A DNA stretch of 64,000 nucleotides from Candidatus Poribacteria bacterium (lineage in GTDB: Bacteria; Poribacteria; WGA-4E; WGA-3G). The stretch's first letter is position 1. Every line of letters begins with the position of its first letter. Under the pieces are notes generated by a model, which saw only the letters and a list, made by a program, of their open reading frames with translations, was not told the origin of the DNA and ran no database searches. Below are positions 39,456 through 49,966 of the stretch, piece after piece. The position numbers and the translations under genes are program-made. Location: assembly GCA_965198235.1 (NCBI GenBank), contig OZ240248.1:4384001-4448000 (forward strand), read 5' to 3'.

Positions 39456-41281
39456 ATTTCAGGACTACTCTTATCATCATTGTTCTCCTCGCAGGCATTG
39501 GAGCAGCATATTTCCTGTTTTTCCAAGAACCAACAGACAAAACAGCGTCAAGCGAAAAACCGACGATCCATCAGGTCTACGGCATAGCCAAAGAAAAGGT
39601 TCAACAGATGGAAGTTATGTTCGCGGATACGGCATATCAAGATCTGAAATTGGTAAAAAACACAACGGGTAACTGGCAACTGGAACGCCCATTTCAGGCA
39701 GATGCTAACAGCGAAAAAGTGAACCAAATGTTAGATGACATGCTCAATAAACGCGTCAAGCAGACGCTTGAGGTGACAGAGTTGACGCAGTATGGGCTGG
39801 ATACACCAAGCATAACGCTCTCGCTTTGGACAGAACAGGCATCACCAGCGGTAACCACCTTTTCTATCGGTAAGAAAGCAATTAACTTTTCCGTGTATGC
39901 CAAAGAGAAATCCCAAGCACATATCTTTCTGATCGAATCCAGCGCGCTTGACGATCTGACGAAATCCCCGACAGACCTCCGCGACCGGTCGGTTATTACG
40001 TTCAAAACGGAAACGGTGTCTAACATTCAGTTTGCGTCCAGAGATGTAGGTGCAACCTCCACGCCAAGAACCCTTAATTGCGAAAAACGAGACGGTACAT
40101 GGTTCGTCACGCATCCAATCGAAGCAAAGGCAGATACCCAAGAAATTGAGGATCTGCTTTCGGAATTGCGTTTATTGCAAGTATCAACCTTTGAAGCAGA
40201 CAAGGCAGACGCTAATATCCCAGCGCAGTTAGAAAAGACCGGGTTAGATACCCCGCGCATCCAGATAAAACTCACGGATGGAAATAACACCTACGCCCTC
40301 GACATCGGCTCAGAAGTCCCGCCAGAAAACGGGACTCAGGAAAGCGTCTACGTCAAATCCGTTCACCAAGAAGCCATCTACACCGTCAGCGATGACATCT
40401 ATAAACTCCTCAACAAATCTGTTTTCGATCTACGTGATAAAAGGGTTATTGACTTTCAACGCACCGATACAATTCGTATTGCCATTTTTATAAGAAGGCA
40501 ACAAGACAAGGAAACAGCTGTCTGCACAAAAAACTATGATAACACATGGGAATTGCAAACACCGACAGGAAAAGTAAAGGCAGACGCGAAAGCGGTGGAC
40601 GACCTGCTTTTCGGTGTAGATTCTCTTGAAGCTGCTGCTTTTGTTGACACTCCTGTTAAAAACTTTGCGTCCTATGGGTTAGCGTCACCGTCAATTGAGG
40701 TCACTTTTACGCAACGCGGTCAAGAAAAGCCGGCAGTCCTACGCATTGGAGACTACACCAAAGACGGAACCGTCTACGTTAAAGCCGAGCAGTCCGATCA
40801 AGTCACTCGTGTCGAACGCATCCTCATTGACAAGATTGCGCTCGGTGCGGTAGGGTTAAGAGATAAACAGGTTCTCAACTTCCATATCGATGACGCGATT
40901 CGGCTCACTTTGCACGGAGAAGAATCGCTGACATGTCAACGCCTCGGGACCAACTGGCGCCTCACCGCGCCGGTGAAAGAAGAGGCGAACAATGCAGAAG
41001 TTAACGCTATCATCTACGAACTCGACAATCTGATGGCAGACGCATTTGTACGGAGCGAACCCGCACTTACCGATGCGATCACAGGTTTTAGTGCCCCGCA
41101 GATCCAACTTACTATTGAATTGCGAAATCAGAAAGTGTATACCTTGCAAGTTGGCAAGGCAGAAGCATCCGGTCGTTTTTACGCACGGCTTCAACATGAA
41201 CCGAATTTAATCTTCCTACTCAATGCAGAGCTCGTTCCAAAACTGAAAACAACACTTACACGGCTTCGCATGCCGAAGTAG
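39452..41281 (+). CDS. DUF4340 domain protein (three repeats)
   Basis: Repeated W-x-L/V...P...AD and YGL..P, and DLRD motifs. Confidence 0.85.
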   Translation: MNFRTTLIIIVLLAGIGAAYFLFFQEPTDKTASSEKPTIHQVYGIAKEKVQQMEVMFADTAYQDLKLVKNTTGNWQLERPFQADANSEKVNQMLDDMLNKRVKQTLEVTELTQYGLDTPSITLSLWTEQASPAVTTFSIGKKAINFSVYAKEKSQAHIFLIESSALDDLTKSPTDLRDRSVITFKTETVSNIQFASRDVGATSTPRTLNCEKRDGTWFVTHPIEAKADTQEIEDLLSELRLLQVSTFEADKADANIPAQLEKTGLDTPRIQIKLTDGNNTYALDIGSEVPPENGTQESVYVKSVHQEAIYTVSDDIYKLLNKSVFDLRDKRVIDFQRTDTIRIAIFIRRQQDKETAVCTKNYDNTWELQTPTGKVKADAKAVDDLLFGVDSLEAAAFVDTPVKNFASYGLASPSIEVTFTQRGQEKPAVLRIGDYTKDGTVYVKAEQSDQVTRVERILIDKIALGAVGLRDKQVLNFHIDDAIRLTLHGEESLTCQRLGTNWRLTAPVKEEANNAEVNAIIYELDNLMADAFVRSEPALTDAITGFSAPQIQLTIELRNQKVYTLQVGKAEASGRFYARLQHEPNLIFLLNAELVPKLKTTLTRLRMPK

Positions 41282-41387
41282 TTTTCAGTTATCAGTTACA
41301 AGAGTGTTCGGGCAGCCACAAGGGCTGCCCCTACAATCAGACCCTCTTTAACTGTTCTCACTGCGAAGCATTTTAACATTGAACGCT

Positions 41388-42602
41388 ATGCAGACGTACA
41401 TTATCGCCACCGCCTACTTTCTCGTTATTATCGAACTACTGATTATTAGCCAATCCTTTCGGTACGCTCGGCGCGAACGCAAAGCGGATCGACCCGCTTA
41501 CACCCCAAAGGTGGCAATCATTGCGCCGCACTATGGATGGGATGCCGACACAGCAGAACACGCCAAAGGACTTCTGCATCAAGTTTACGCGGGTGAGTAT
41601 GAGGTCTTCTTCGTCACACACCAAAAATCCGATTCAGGACATGATGCCTCTTACCCACATCTATGTGAAATTGCTGAAACACATCCGTATGTCCACGTGC
41701 TGTTAGCCCCGAACATCGTTGACAATAACCTTCCACGTTCACAAAAGGTGCAGAACCTCCTAACAGCGATAGAAAAACTCCCAGACGATATCGAGGTCAT
41801 CGCATTTGTGGATGCCGATGTCGCTATTCGAGAGGATTGGCTAACGCTGCTTGTGAATCCACTTCAAGAGCCAGACATAGGGACAACCGTGGGTGGACGG
41901 TTCTATTTCCCACAAACATGGAATGTCGCATCTCTTGTGGAAGCCATCTGGGTAAACTTCCAGATGAGTTTCCAGGGCGACCATCCATTCTCAATGGTAT
42001 GGGGTGGCTCTAACGCCTTCCGCCGCGAGATGCTTGAGAAGGCACACATCCTTCAACGCTGGGAACAGGCAACCATCGAAGATCACAACACCACCCTTGC
42101 AATGAGAGATGTTAAGCACAAGGTGCATTTTGTCCCAGACTGCCTAGCCATTACGCGTACCGCCAACCGCACATGGCGCCAAATCGTCGAATTTACGAAC
42201 CGACAGATGATTATGACGCTCCACATGGGACTTTGGACGCAGTGGCTCGCGAGTCTGATTGTGTTTCTACTGAAAGGCATCTGCGTGTTTGGGATGATTC
42301 CGTTTCTATTTTATCGGGAAGGGCTGCTACCGATTGTCTTCATCCCTTTTCTGGAGGCATTTGGTTATAGGCTCTACGCCAAAAACCTGCCGAAGTGGCT
42401 CCGCGAAATGCCCAAGATGCGGGAGACAATTGGCGTAACCTCTTACGTCGCCTCAGTTTCACTATTCCTCGGCGGCATCAACGCCCTGTATGCAGTATTC
42501 CAACGCAAAATCACCTGGGGTGGGGTGCGATATGAAATTCTGTCAGCGACAAAATGTCGGGTTTTAGGGACAGTAAAACCCAAACGGAAAGACACCACTT
42601 AA
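41388..42602 (+). CDS. Glycosyltransferase family 2/21 (ceramide glucosyltransferase/HpnI-like)
   Basis: SQKVQNL, FVDAD, WGGS, ED, RQ, ITWGGVRY. Confidence 0.8.
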   Translation: MQTYIIATAYFLVIIELLIISQSFRYARRERKADRPAYTPKVAIIAPHYGWDADTAEHAKGLLHQVYAGEYEVFFVTHQKSDSGHDASYPHLCEIAETHPYVHVLLAPNIVDNNLPRSQKVQNLLTAIEKLPDDIEVIAFVDADVAIREDWLTLLVNPLQEPDIGTTVGGRFYFPQTWNVASLVEAIWVNFQMSFQGDHPFSMVWGGSNAFRREMLEKAHILQRWEQATIEDHNTTLAMRDVKHKVHFVPDCLAITRTANRTWRQIVEFTNRQMIMTLHMGLWTQWLASLIVFLLKGICVFGMIPFLFYREGLLPIVFIPFLEAFGYRLYAKNLPKWLREMPKMRETIGVTSYVASVSLFLGGINALYAVFQRKITWGGVRYEILSATKCRVLGTVKPKRKDTT

Positions 42603-42694
42603 GGTTAAGTTTTAAAACACACTTGCGTTTTTTTTCATAATGCGATATAGTACTGAAGTAGGAAAATTCACTATATTCATGAGAGGAGTGAAGA

Positions 42695-43108
42695 ATGGGG
42701 GCAGAAAAAGTTATTAAATCAGAAAAAGAATGGCAAGAACAACTCTCACCGGAAGAATATAAGGTAACTCGGAAGAAAGGGACAGAACGCGCCTTTACAG
42801 GGCACTACCATGATTGTAAAGAGCAAGGCACCTATCACTGTATCTGCTGTGGAAGCCCGCTCTTTAGTTCCGAAACCAAGTACGACTCTGGAACAGGGTG
42901 GCCCAGTTTTTGGGATGCGGTCTCTCCGGAATCCATTGAGACGAAATCGGATTTCAGCATCTTTTTCATGCCGCGCACCGAAGTCGTCTGTAGCCGGTGT
43001 GATGCGCATATCGGGCACGTTTTCAACGACGGACCGTCGCCGACAGGTAAACGTTACTGCATGAATTCCGCGGCACTTACACTGGTAAAACCGGAAGACG
43101 AATCTTAA
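42695..43108 (+). CDS. msrB: Peptide methionine-R-sulfoxide reductase
   Basis: [29 protein letters not shown]. Confidence 0.97.
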   Translation: MGAEKVIKSEKEWQEQLSPEEYKVTRKKGTERAFTGHYHDCKEQGTYHCICCGSPLFSSETKYDSGTGWPSFWDAVSPESIETKSDFSIFFMPRTEVVCSRCDAHIGHVFNDGPSPTGKRYCMNSAALTLVKPEDES

Positions 43109-43143
43109 CCTCCTAAAACACTCTTACAAAGAAAGGAGAACTG

Positions 43144-44364
43144 ATGGCACTACGAAGTCGAATCTCATCAAGGTTTCTCGTCAACGAACTCGCCACCGCT
43201 ATATCGGAGGATTGGGGGACTTCGCGGAAGTTAATGCGTTATCAACTCGCCAAAGAAAGCTTCAACTGGCGACATCCGCTCGGTGCGAAACATGGTAAAG
43301 GAGACGCTATCGAACTGGTAAGCCTCCGCATTACGGATATGTGCAACCTCCGTTGCCACTCCTGTGGACAATGGGGCGATAACGGTTACCTTCTTGGGGA
43401 ATCCCTCAAAGACCTCAAACAACGTGAAGTGCCGGTAGAAGTTTACAAAGCCCTCGTCGATCAGATTGTTGATGAAGGCTGGTCACCGGTTTGGTACATC
43501 TGGGGCGGCGAACCGATGCTTTACCCGGGCCTCATCGAATTGATGCACTACATCAAAGCGCGCGGAATGCCGATATCACTCGTCAGCAACGCGACCAACG
43601 TGGCAAGACGCGCCGACGACATTCTGGAAACCTGTAAAATTGTCTATCTGAGCGTCGATGGACCGAATGAGGAGATTCACAATACGCAACGTCCCGGTGT
43701 ATCCGACAACTACGACAACTTCAAGGATGTCAAAGCCGCACTTGAGACGCTTAGTGCTGAGAAAGAGAAGCGGAACCTTGCATTCCCTTACATTATCCCG
43801 CTGAGCTGCGTCACAATGTATAACATAGATGAGGTCGTAGATCTCTATAAGTTCACGAGCCAATACGCAGATGCGCAAATCTTCTATCTGACATGGTGGA
43901 TTGATGCTGAGGCTGCACAGGAACACACCGAAGAATTTGAGAACCGATTTGGGTTCAAACCACAAACGCACTACGGCTGGATAGGCACATGGAAAGATTT
44001 CGATCACGGCGTAATCTTGGATCGCTTTGAAGAGATGGAAAGTCTCTCCAATGAGCAGCGACGTTGCCCGCCCATCATGATGCCGAGACTCAATACAAAA
44101 GGCGAAATCCAACGCTATTATACCGATCATGAGCAAACCTTTGGGTACAACCAGTGTGTCAGCATCTACATGACAATGGAGATCGATAGTAATGGCGACG
44201 TAAGTCTCTGCCGCGATTACCACGACTATATCATCGGCAATATCAAGACGGACAAGGTTGTCGATATGTGGAACAACCAGAAGGCAATGAAATTCCGAAA
44301 ATCCGTGAGTAACGAGGGTCCCATGCCTGTCTGCCGCAGATGCTGCGGATTGATGGGATTTTAA
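43144..44364 (+). CDS. Radical SAM/SPASM domain protein
   Basis: CNLRCHSC, GGEP, C-terminal C...GDVSLC...IGNI...CRRCC. Confidence 0.9.
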   Translation: MALRSRISSRFLVNELATAISEDWGTSRKLMRYQLAKESFNWRHPLGAKHGKGDAIELVSLRITDMCNLRCHSCGQWGDNGYLLGESLKDLKQREVPVEVYKALVDQIVDEGWSPVWYIWGGEPMLYPGLIELMHYIKARGMPISLVSNATNVARRADDILETCKIVYLSVDGPNEEIHNTQRPGVSDNYDNFKDVKAALETLSAEKEKRNLAFPYIIPLSCVTMYNIDEVVDLYKFTSQYADAQIFYLTWWIDAEAAQEHTEEFENRFGFKPQTHYGWIGTWKDFDHGVILDRFEEMESLSNEQRRCPPIMMPRLNTKGEIQRYYTDHEQTFGYNQCVSIYMTMEIDSNGDVSLCRDYHDYIIGNIKTDKVVDMWNNQKAMKFRKSVSNEGPMPVCRRCCGLMGF

Positions 44365-44627
44365 TTATTCCTTGCGGTTCGGTTAGGGTAATTGGACAAA
44401 TAACCTTATCCCCCGTATATCCGCCTGCGCCGTTGTTGCAGGCTACCCTTTTGGGTTTAACGAAAACCTCTTAACCGATTGCTGACTGCCGACTACTAAT
44501 TATACCTTGCGGAGAAAAAATGGGGTTGATGTTTTGACATTTTTCGCGTTCGATCTGAAGAAACGCCCAAGCAATACGCAGAAATACCCTATCAAAAACA
44601 CCCCTCTATTACGTTACGGGCTACGTT
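44365..44627. mobile_element. Two TTAA/CTAA-flanked miniature elements (44365-44456, 44500-44627)
   Basis: Shared left end TTATWCCTTGCGG and right end GGCTAC...TTAA with the 20095 copy. Confidence 0.7.
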
Positions 44628-44802
44628 TTAACTGAAAACTGATAAGTTTTTAATTTTGGAGTACTGATCTGCCTTCCACTACGTTTCAGGCAGATTCTTG
44701 GTGCAATTCGCACGGGGCATGTTCCCGGAAACCCTTTCGTACTTAACCAGAAACCATCGCGAAACGTAGTGGAGCGATGCTCAGAGGACCATAGTTAAAA
44801 AT

Positions 44803-45666
44803 ATGAAAATTGGATTACGAATTCCCGGCACAGCCCGTCAATTGCCCTTCGCAGACTTTTGTAAGTGGTGTGCAGATAACGGGTTTGAAGCTGTTGACAT
44901 TGGAGAAACGACCCCCGAAATTGTCCAAACCGCGAGAGATGCCGGTCTTGTGATCGGCACGGCAGATCTCCCCGGTGTCAGCGACTTACTCAGCACGAAA
45001 AAATCTAAACAGAGAGCTGGTGCTTCGGCAGCAAAAGCCGCCATCGAAGCCGCCGCTGACAACGACGTACATATTATGTTCTGCGTCTTTGTCCCAGAAG
45101 ATGCCAGTCTCGACAGAGCCAAAAACTTTGACATTTGGAAGCAAACCGTCCCCCCTATCGCCGAATTCGCCGCCTCTAAAGGTGTAACCATCGCGATAGA
45201 GGGATGGCCCGGTCCCGGTCCCGCCTATCCTGCCCTCGGTTGCACACCGGAGATGTGGCGTGCGATGTTCGCGGAATGTTCCTCCCCGGGATTAGGACTC
45301 AACTACGATCCATCGCACCTCGTCAGAATCGGTATCGACTATCTACGAGCTTTGAACGAATTCGCACCGTATGTCAAACACGTCCATGGGAAGGACACTG
45401 CCTTCGACGAAGAAGCACTCTACTTACACGGCAATTTGGGACCGAGTCTTCAATCTGCACAAGGTTTCGGTGAAGATTGGTGGCGTTATACCATCCCTGG
45501 TGACGGGATAGTGGATTGGCTGAGAGTGGTTCAACGTTTGGAAGACGAGGGTTTTGATGGCATTGTCAGCGTAGAACTTGAAGATTATCGGTATTGGCGA
45601 ACGTGGGAAGCAGAATCGGACGGTCTGCGCCGCTCACGCGAATTCCTCGCGGAGTTTGTGCGGTAA
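44803..45666 (+). CDS. Sugar phosphate isomerase/epimerase
   Basis: IEGWP, NYDPSHL, HVHGKD, SVELED. Confidence 0.85.
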   Translation: MKIGLRIPGTARQLPFADFCKWCADNGFEAVDIGETTPEIVQTARDAGLVIGTADLPGVSDLLSTKKSKQRAGASAAKAAIEAAADNDVHIMFCVFVPEDASLDRAKNFDIWKQTVPPIAEFAASKGVTIAIEGWPGPGPAYPALGCTPEMWRAMFAECSSPGLGLNYDPSHLVRIGIDYLRALNEFAPYVKHVHGKDTAFDEEALYLHGNLGPSLQSAQGFGEDWWRYTIPGDGIVDWLRVVQRLEDEGFDGIVSVELEDYRYWRTWEAESDGLRRSREFLAEFVR

Positions 45667-45736
45667 TTCGTCCCGTGTTCGCATAGACGCGCCTCATTCG
45701 TTAAAAAGGCAACGGCGCAGCCAAGGAGAATTTACG

Positions 45737-46666
45737 ATGAAAGAACTTCTTCATAAGGGCATGGAAGCTTCGCCTGAGAAGTATCTTCCGCACCTGATTA
45801 CAGAAGAAGAGCGCACCCATTTTGAAGAAAATGGCTACCTATACATCCCGAACGCTCTCTCTACTGAAATGCGGGAACAACTCATACACACCGTAGACAC
45901 ACTGCACAACAAGGCACTCGCTACAGGGAGGGCAAAGCCCGACTCGCAGTGGGGTTGGTCGGATTTCTTAGGTGCCGACGACGCGCTCTTGAACCTCGTC
46001 GATTTTCACACGACGTTACCGAAAGTGTGGGGAATTTTGGGATGGAATATCTATCTATACCACGCTCACATGCACGTTAAACCGCCAGCCTCATCGGAGG
46101 CTGAAGAGGGTGAAGGATGGCTGGAATGGCACCAAGACAGCGGACGCGTTAACATCGAGCTGGAAACGCGTCCGCGTCCGCGTTTGTCCCTGAAAGTGGG
46201 ATACTTCCTCACAGATGTCTCTGAGCCCGGACGTGGTAATTTCTACATCCGCCCGGGGAGCCATCTGAAGTCAGATATGAACGTTCCAACGTCCGAAATC
46301 AGTCGCGACCCGCGCGAAGCCACCGCAGACGATGTGCCTGACGATGCAATGCCGGTCTGCGTGGAACCCGGAACTGCCGTTCTGTTCGATAGACGGCTCT
46401 GGCACTCGCGGAGTCCGAATCACTCCGAGCTTACTCGGAAGGCACTCTTCTACGGCTACGGCTACCGTTGGATCCGTCCGAAAGACGAGATGACGGTTGA
46501 ACCGCTCTATGATCGGTGCGATTCGATCCGGCGGCAACTGCTCGGTGCCGCTACCCGAAACAATGGACGCTACGTTCCCGCCGAAGAAGATGTCCCGCTG
46601 CGTGGATGGCTTCTTGAAAACCTCGGTGACGATCCGACCCTTGCGATGGGACCCCGGCACGCTTAA
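45737..46666 (+). CDS. Phytanoyl-CoA dioxygenase (PhyH) family protein
   Basis: WHQD, PGSH, FDRRLWHS, R. Confidence 0.9.
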   Translation: MKELLHKGMEASPEKYLPHLITEEERTHFEENGYLYIPNALSTEMREQLIHTVDTLHNKALATGRAKPDSQWGWSDFLGADDALLNLVDFHTTLPKVWGILGWNIYLYHAHMHVKPPASSEAEEGEGWLEWHQDSGRVNIELETRPRPRLSLKVGYFLTDVSEPGRGNFYIRPGSHLKSDMNVPTSEISRDPREATADDVPDDAMPVCVEPGTAVLFDRRLWHSRSPNHSELTRKALFYGYGYRWIRPKDEMTVEPLYDRCDSIRRQLLGAATRNNGRYVPAEEDVPLRGWLLENLGDDPTLAMGPRHA

Positions 46667-46760
46667 TTCCATAATTCCTTAGGGCGAGGTCACGTATCTC
46701 GCCCTACTCTCTCTTCCGCATTCGTCCACCCACATCCCCCACATACTTAGGAATGTCCCC

Positions 46761-47164
46761 ATGAAAACTGTATTATTTATATGCATTGTGGCAACACTCA
46801 CCCTACCGAGTGCGTTTGCCGCACCCGAATGGAAACCTTATGACGACTTTGAGGGAGATTTAGACGCAATTGATGAGACACCCGGGCAAATACCAGATCT
46901 CGGCACGAAATGGGTTCGCTTCGTCCCAGAGAAACGCTTAGAGATGGGCATCAAGGATGGCATCTTACGGAATGGCAAAAGGACGACATCCCTTCTAACG
47001 CTGACTTAGGCGAATTTCCGTGGTGGAGTATCTATATCACCGCCGACCAAGTGGTTGAGATCGCCGTTGACGATGTTTTCGTAAAATCAGAGAGTCTGCC
47101 TTACCCCGTAGAAGCACGTGGCAAATTGGCTTCACGTTGGGGTGAAATCAAGTTAGGGGATTAG
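46761..47164 (+). pseudogene. Secreted protein split by a frameshift or deletion, with C-terminal VEARGKLASRWGEIK motif
   Basis: Signal peptide in ORF 46761; the C-terminal motif is in another frame; break at about 46962. Confidence 0.65.
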
Positions 47165-47236
47165 TGTAGCCCTTCACTCACTCGATTCCATTTCGGGATG
47201 TTGTAAGACAGATCGCCTGCTCGACTCGCAGGAGAC

Positions 47237-47265
47237 TTGATTATTTTCATATTTCTGGGTATAAT
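47237..47265 (+). promoter_or_regulatory. Sigma-70 promoter upstream of mdh
   Basis: TTGATT-17-TATAAT. Confidence 0.55.
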
Positions 47266-47440
47266 TAACAGAGAGTGGCTCATAACGTGTCAAGGGCACA
47301 ATTTTTTTGGAGTGCAACCTCTGAGATTGTGTCGGGGAGCCGCAAACTAACAGTTTGCGGTACAAAACGCCGCGAAGCATGCGTTACTCTCAATTAAATT
47401 AAGAATAAAAAAATCGTTTGTCTTCACAATGGAGGAAGAA

Positions 47441-48367
47441 GTGGCAAGAAAAAAAATCAGTGTTATCGGTGCGGGGAACGTCGGTGCAACAGCGGCGTTT
47501 CTGATCGCACAAAAACAACTCGGGGATGTCGTCATGGTAGACATCGTAGACGGGGTCCCGCAAGGTAAGGCATTGGACATGGCACAAATGGGTCCCATAG
47601 AAATGTTTGATGCCGCAGTTGACGGAGATCTGGACTACGTAGCAACCGCAGGTTCCGATCTCGTAATTATCACATCAGGTTCCCCACGGAAACCGGGGAT
47701 GACGCGTGAGGATCTGTTGCAAACGAACGCCAATATCGTCGGAAGCGTCACAGAAAACGTCGTGAAACAGTCGCCAGACTGCATCATCATGATGCTCACC
47801 AACCCGCTCGACATTATGACCTACCATGCGTGGAAGGTTTCAGGGTTCCCATCACACCGCGTCGTCGGACAGGCTGGCGTGCTGGATTCGGCACGGTTTC
47901 GCTATTTTATCTCGCTCGAACTCGGCGTATCCATGGAAGACATCCATGCGCTCGTCCTCGGCGGACATGGCGATACAATGGTCCCGCTCCCGCGCTATAC
48001 TACCGTCAACGGTATCCCGATCCCGCAACTCATACCGGAAGATCGCATTGAAGCGATGGCACAACGGACTCGCGACGGGGGTGCAGAAATCGTTAACCTC
48101 CTTAAAACGAGTGGCTATTATGCCGCCGGTGCCTCATTGGCACAGATGGCGGAGGCTATCATCCTCGATAAAAAACGCCTGCTCCCCTGCTCTGCACACC
48201 TCACTGGACAGTACGGTATCGACGATCTCTATATCGGCGTTCCGATTAAACTCGGTGGAAACGGCATAGAGGAGATCATTGAGATCGAATTAACAGATGA
48301 CGAACTCGGCTCCTTACAACATTCCGCAGCAACCTATCAAGAAGGCATCGAATTGTTGGGGTACTAA
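47441..48367 (+). CDS. mdh: Malate dehydrogenase (LDH-like)
   Basis: GAGNVG, PRKPGMTREDL, DSARFR, GGHGD; GGAGG before GTG 47441. Confidence 0.95.
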   Translation: MARKKISVIGAGNVGATAAFLIAQKQLGDVVMVDIVDGVPQGKALDMAQMGPIEMFDAAVDGDLDYVATAGSDLVIITSGSPRKPGMTREDLLQTNANIVGSVTENVVKQSPDCIIMMLTNPLDIMTYHAWKVSGFPSHRVVGQAGVLDSARFRYFISLELGVSMEDIHALVLGGHGDTMVPLPRYTTVNGIPIPQLIPEDRIEAMAQRTRDGGAEIVNLLKTSGYYAAGASLAQMAEAIILDKKRLLPCSAHLTGQYGIDDLYIGVPIKLGGNGIEEIIEIELTDDELGSLQHSAATYQEGIELLGY

Positions 48368-48487
48368 GTAATTTTTCCATAGTCTCAACATCCCGACTGA
48401 GGACTCTGTTCTGCGTGTCAGATTGCCCGAACACAATTAAGAGGCGGGCTCCGTGCCCGCCAACCTTTATCATTTCAAAGCGTATCA

Positions 48488-49966
48488 ATGCCAAGCTACC
48501 TCACAACAGCAAAGTATTTGAACGGCATCCACTGTCTCAAACGGCTCTGGTATGAAGAAAAACACACTGAAAAAGCATCACCTATCTCCTTGTCCCAGCA
48601 GCGACTTTTCGATCAGCGCAAAGCGGTAAAAACCCTTGCCCACTGCCAATTTCCAGAGGGTGTATACATTGACGCTAAAGACCCTGATGTTGCCGTCCGA
48701 CAAACTAAAACCGCAATGCGTCGTGGCGAATCCTGTCTCTTCGACGCTGCCTTTCGTTCAAATGGTGCTTTCGTCCGATGCGATATCCTCCAAAAAGACA
48801 AAAAAGGGTGGCGAATCATTGAGATTAGAACATCAAAGAAAATCAAAAAGGAATATCTCCTTAACTTGGCTTTACAAAGGCACATTTTGGATACATACGA
48901 TATACCGATCTCTGCTACGCAATTGATGCTCCTAAACGAAGAGTGCGTTTATCCAGATTTGTCCAATCTGTTTGTTTTTGAAGATGTGACGGATAAGGTT
49001 AATTTGTTAAAACAGGGAGTCCCTGACTATCTATCGACGTTCAAGACAACACTCTACAGAGATGTTGAACCGAACGTCCTGATTGGAAAAAACCTATGCA
49101 ACCAGCCCCATAGATGCCCCTACAAAACATCCTGTTGGGCGTTTGTGCCTAAGAATTCGGTTTTCACTATTCCGAGAATCAAAGATCCCGAAGCGACTGC
49201 CTTGGCAGAAAATGGTATTTTTCGCCTCTCCGATCTCCCAGCCGATTTCTCGCTGACCCCTGTGCAAAGCACCTATGTTGACAGCGTTCTTGAAAATAAA
49301 CCAGTAATCGACAGAGTCGCAATCCGACAAGAATTAGCAAACTTGCAGTATCCGATCCACTTTCTCGATTTTGAGACCGATAGCCCCGCGATTCCAAGGT
49401 TCGACGGTTTCAAGGTCCACGAAGAATTTCCGTTTCAATACAGCTGTCACGTCCTTCAATCCGATGGCGTGGTTACACATCACGAATACCTGCATACCGA
49501 TATAACCGATCCACGTTTACCGCTCTTGAAATCTCTGCTCGCGCACATTGCCGACCGCGGTTCTATAGTCGTTTACAATCTGTCCCTTGAACGTCGGATA
49601 TTAAGAGGTTTGACTGAATCTTTCCCCGAATACACTCCGGCACTTCAATCAATCATTAAAAGACTCTGGGATCAGTTGACGATACTCAGAAAACACTATG
49701 AGCATCCTGATTTCTGCGGTTCTAAATCCCTCAAGGTGGTCCTTCCTGTGTTAGTGCCTTCGCTTTCCTATAAGACTTTAGACATTCAAGAGGGTGGTGC
49801 CGCGCCAGCAGTTTGGAATTTGATGCTCAGTGCAAACAATGAAACCGAAAAAAACGAATGGATTAATCGTTTGAGAGCCTACTGTAAACTCGATACGCTT
49901 GCTATGCTTGAAATCCATAAGGTGTTGCAAGAAAAAAGCACCATAGCCGTCAATTTAGTGCTGTAG
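48488..49966 (+). CDS. DUF2779 domain protein (N-terminal Cas4/RecB-like region, C-terminal RNase H-like domain)
   Basis: CLKRLWY, C..PHRCPY...C, FLDFET, PFQYSCH, SKSLKVVLP, YCKLDT. Confidence 0.8.
   Translation: MPSYLTTAKYLNGIHCLKRLWYEEKHTEKASPISLSQQRLFDQRKAVKTLAHCQFPEGVYIDAKDPDVAVRQTKTAMRRGESCLFDAAFRSNGAFVRCDILQKDKKGWRIIEIRTSKKIKKEYLLNLALQRHILDTYDIPISATQLMLLNEECVYPDLSNLFVFEDVTDKVNLLKQGVPDYLSTFKTTLYRDVEPNVLIGKNLCNQPHRCPYKTSCWAFVPKNSVFTIPRIKDPEATALAENGIFRLSDLPADFSLTPVQSTYVDSVLENKPVIDRVAIRQELANLQYPIHFLDFETDSPAIPRFDGFKVHEEFPFQYSCHVLQSDGVVTHHEYLHTDITDPRLPLLKSLLAHIADRGSIVVYNLSLERRILRGLTESFPEYTPALQSIIKRLWDQLTILRKHYEHPDFCGSKSLKVVLPVLVPSLSYKTLDIQEGGAAPAVWNLMLSANNETEKNEWINRLRAYCKLDTLAMLEIHKVLQEKSTIAVNLVL

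Noticed and set aside
47192-48397. Inverted 11-mer CAACATCCCGA flanking mdh as a composite transposon
   Set aside because: Too short, with no TSD and no transposase.
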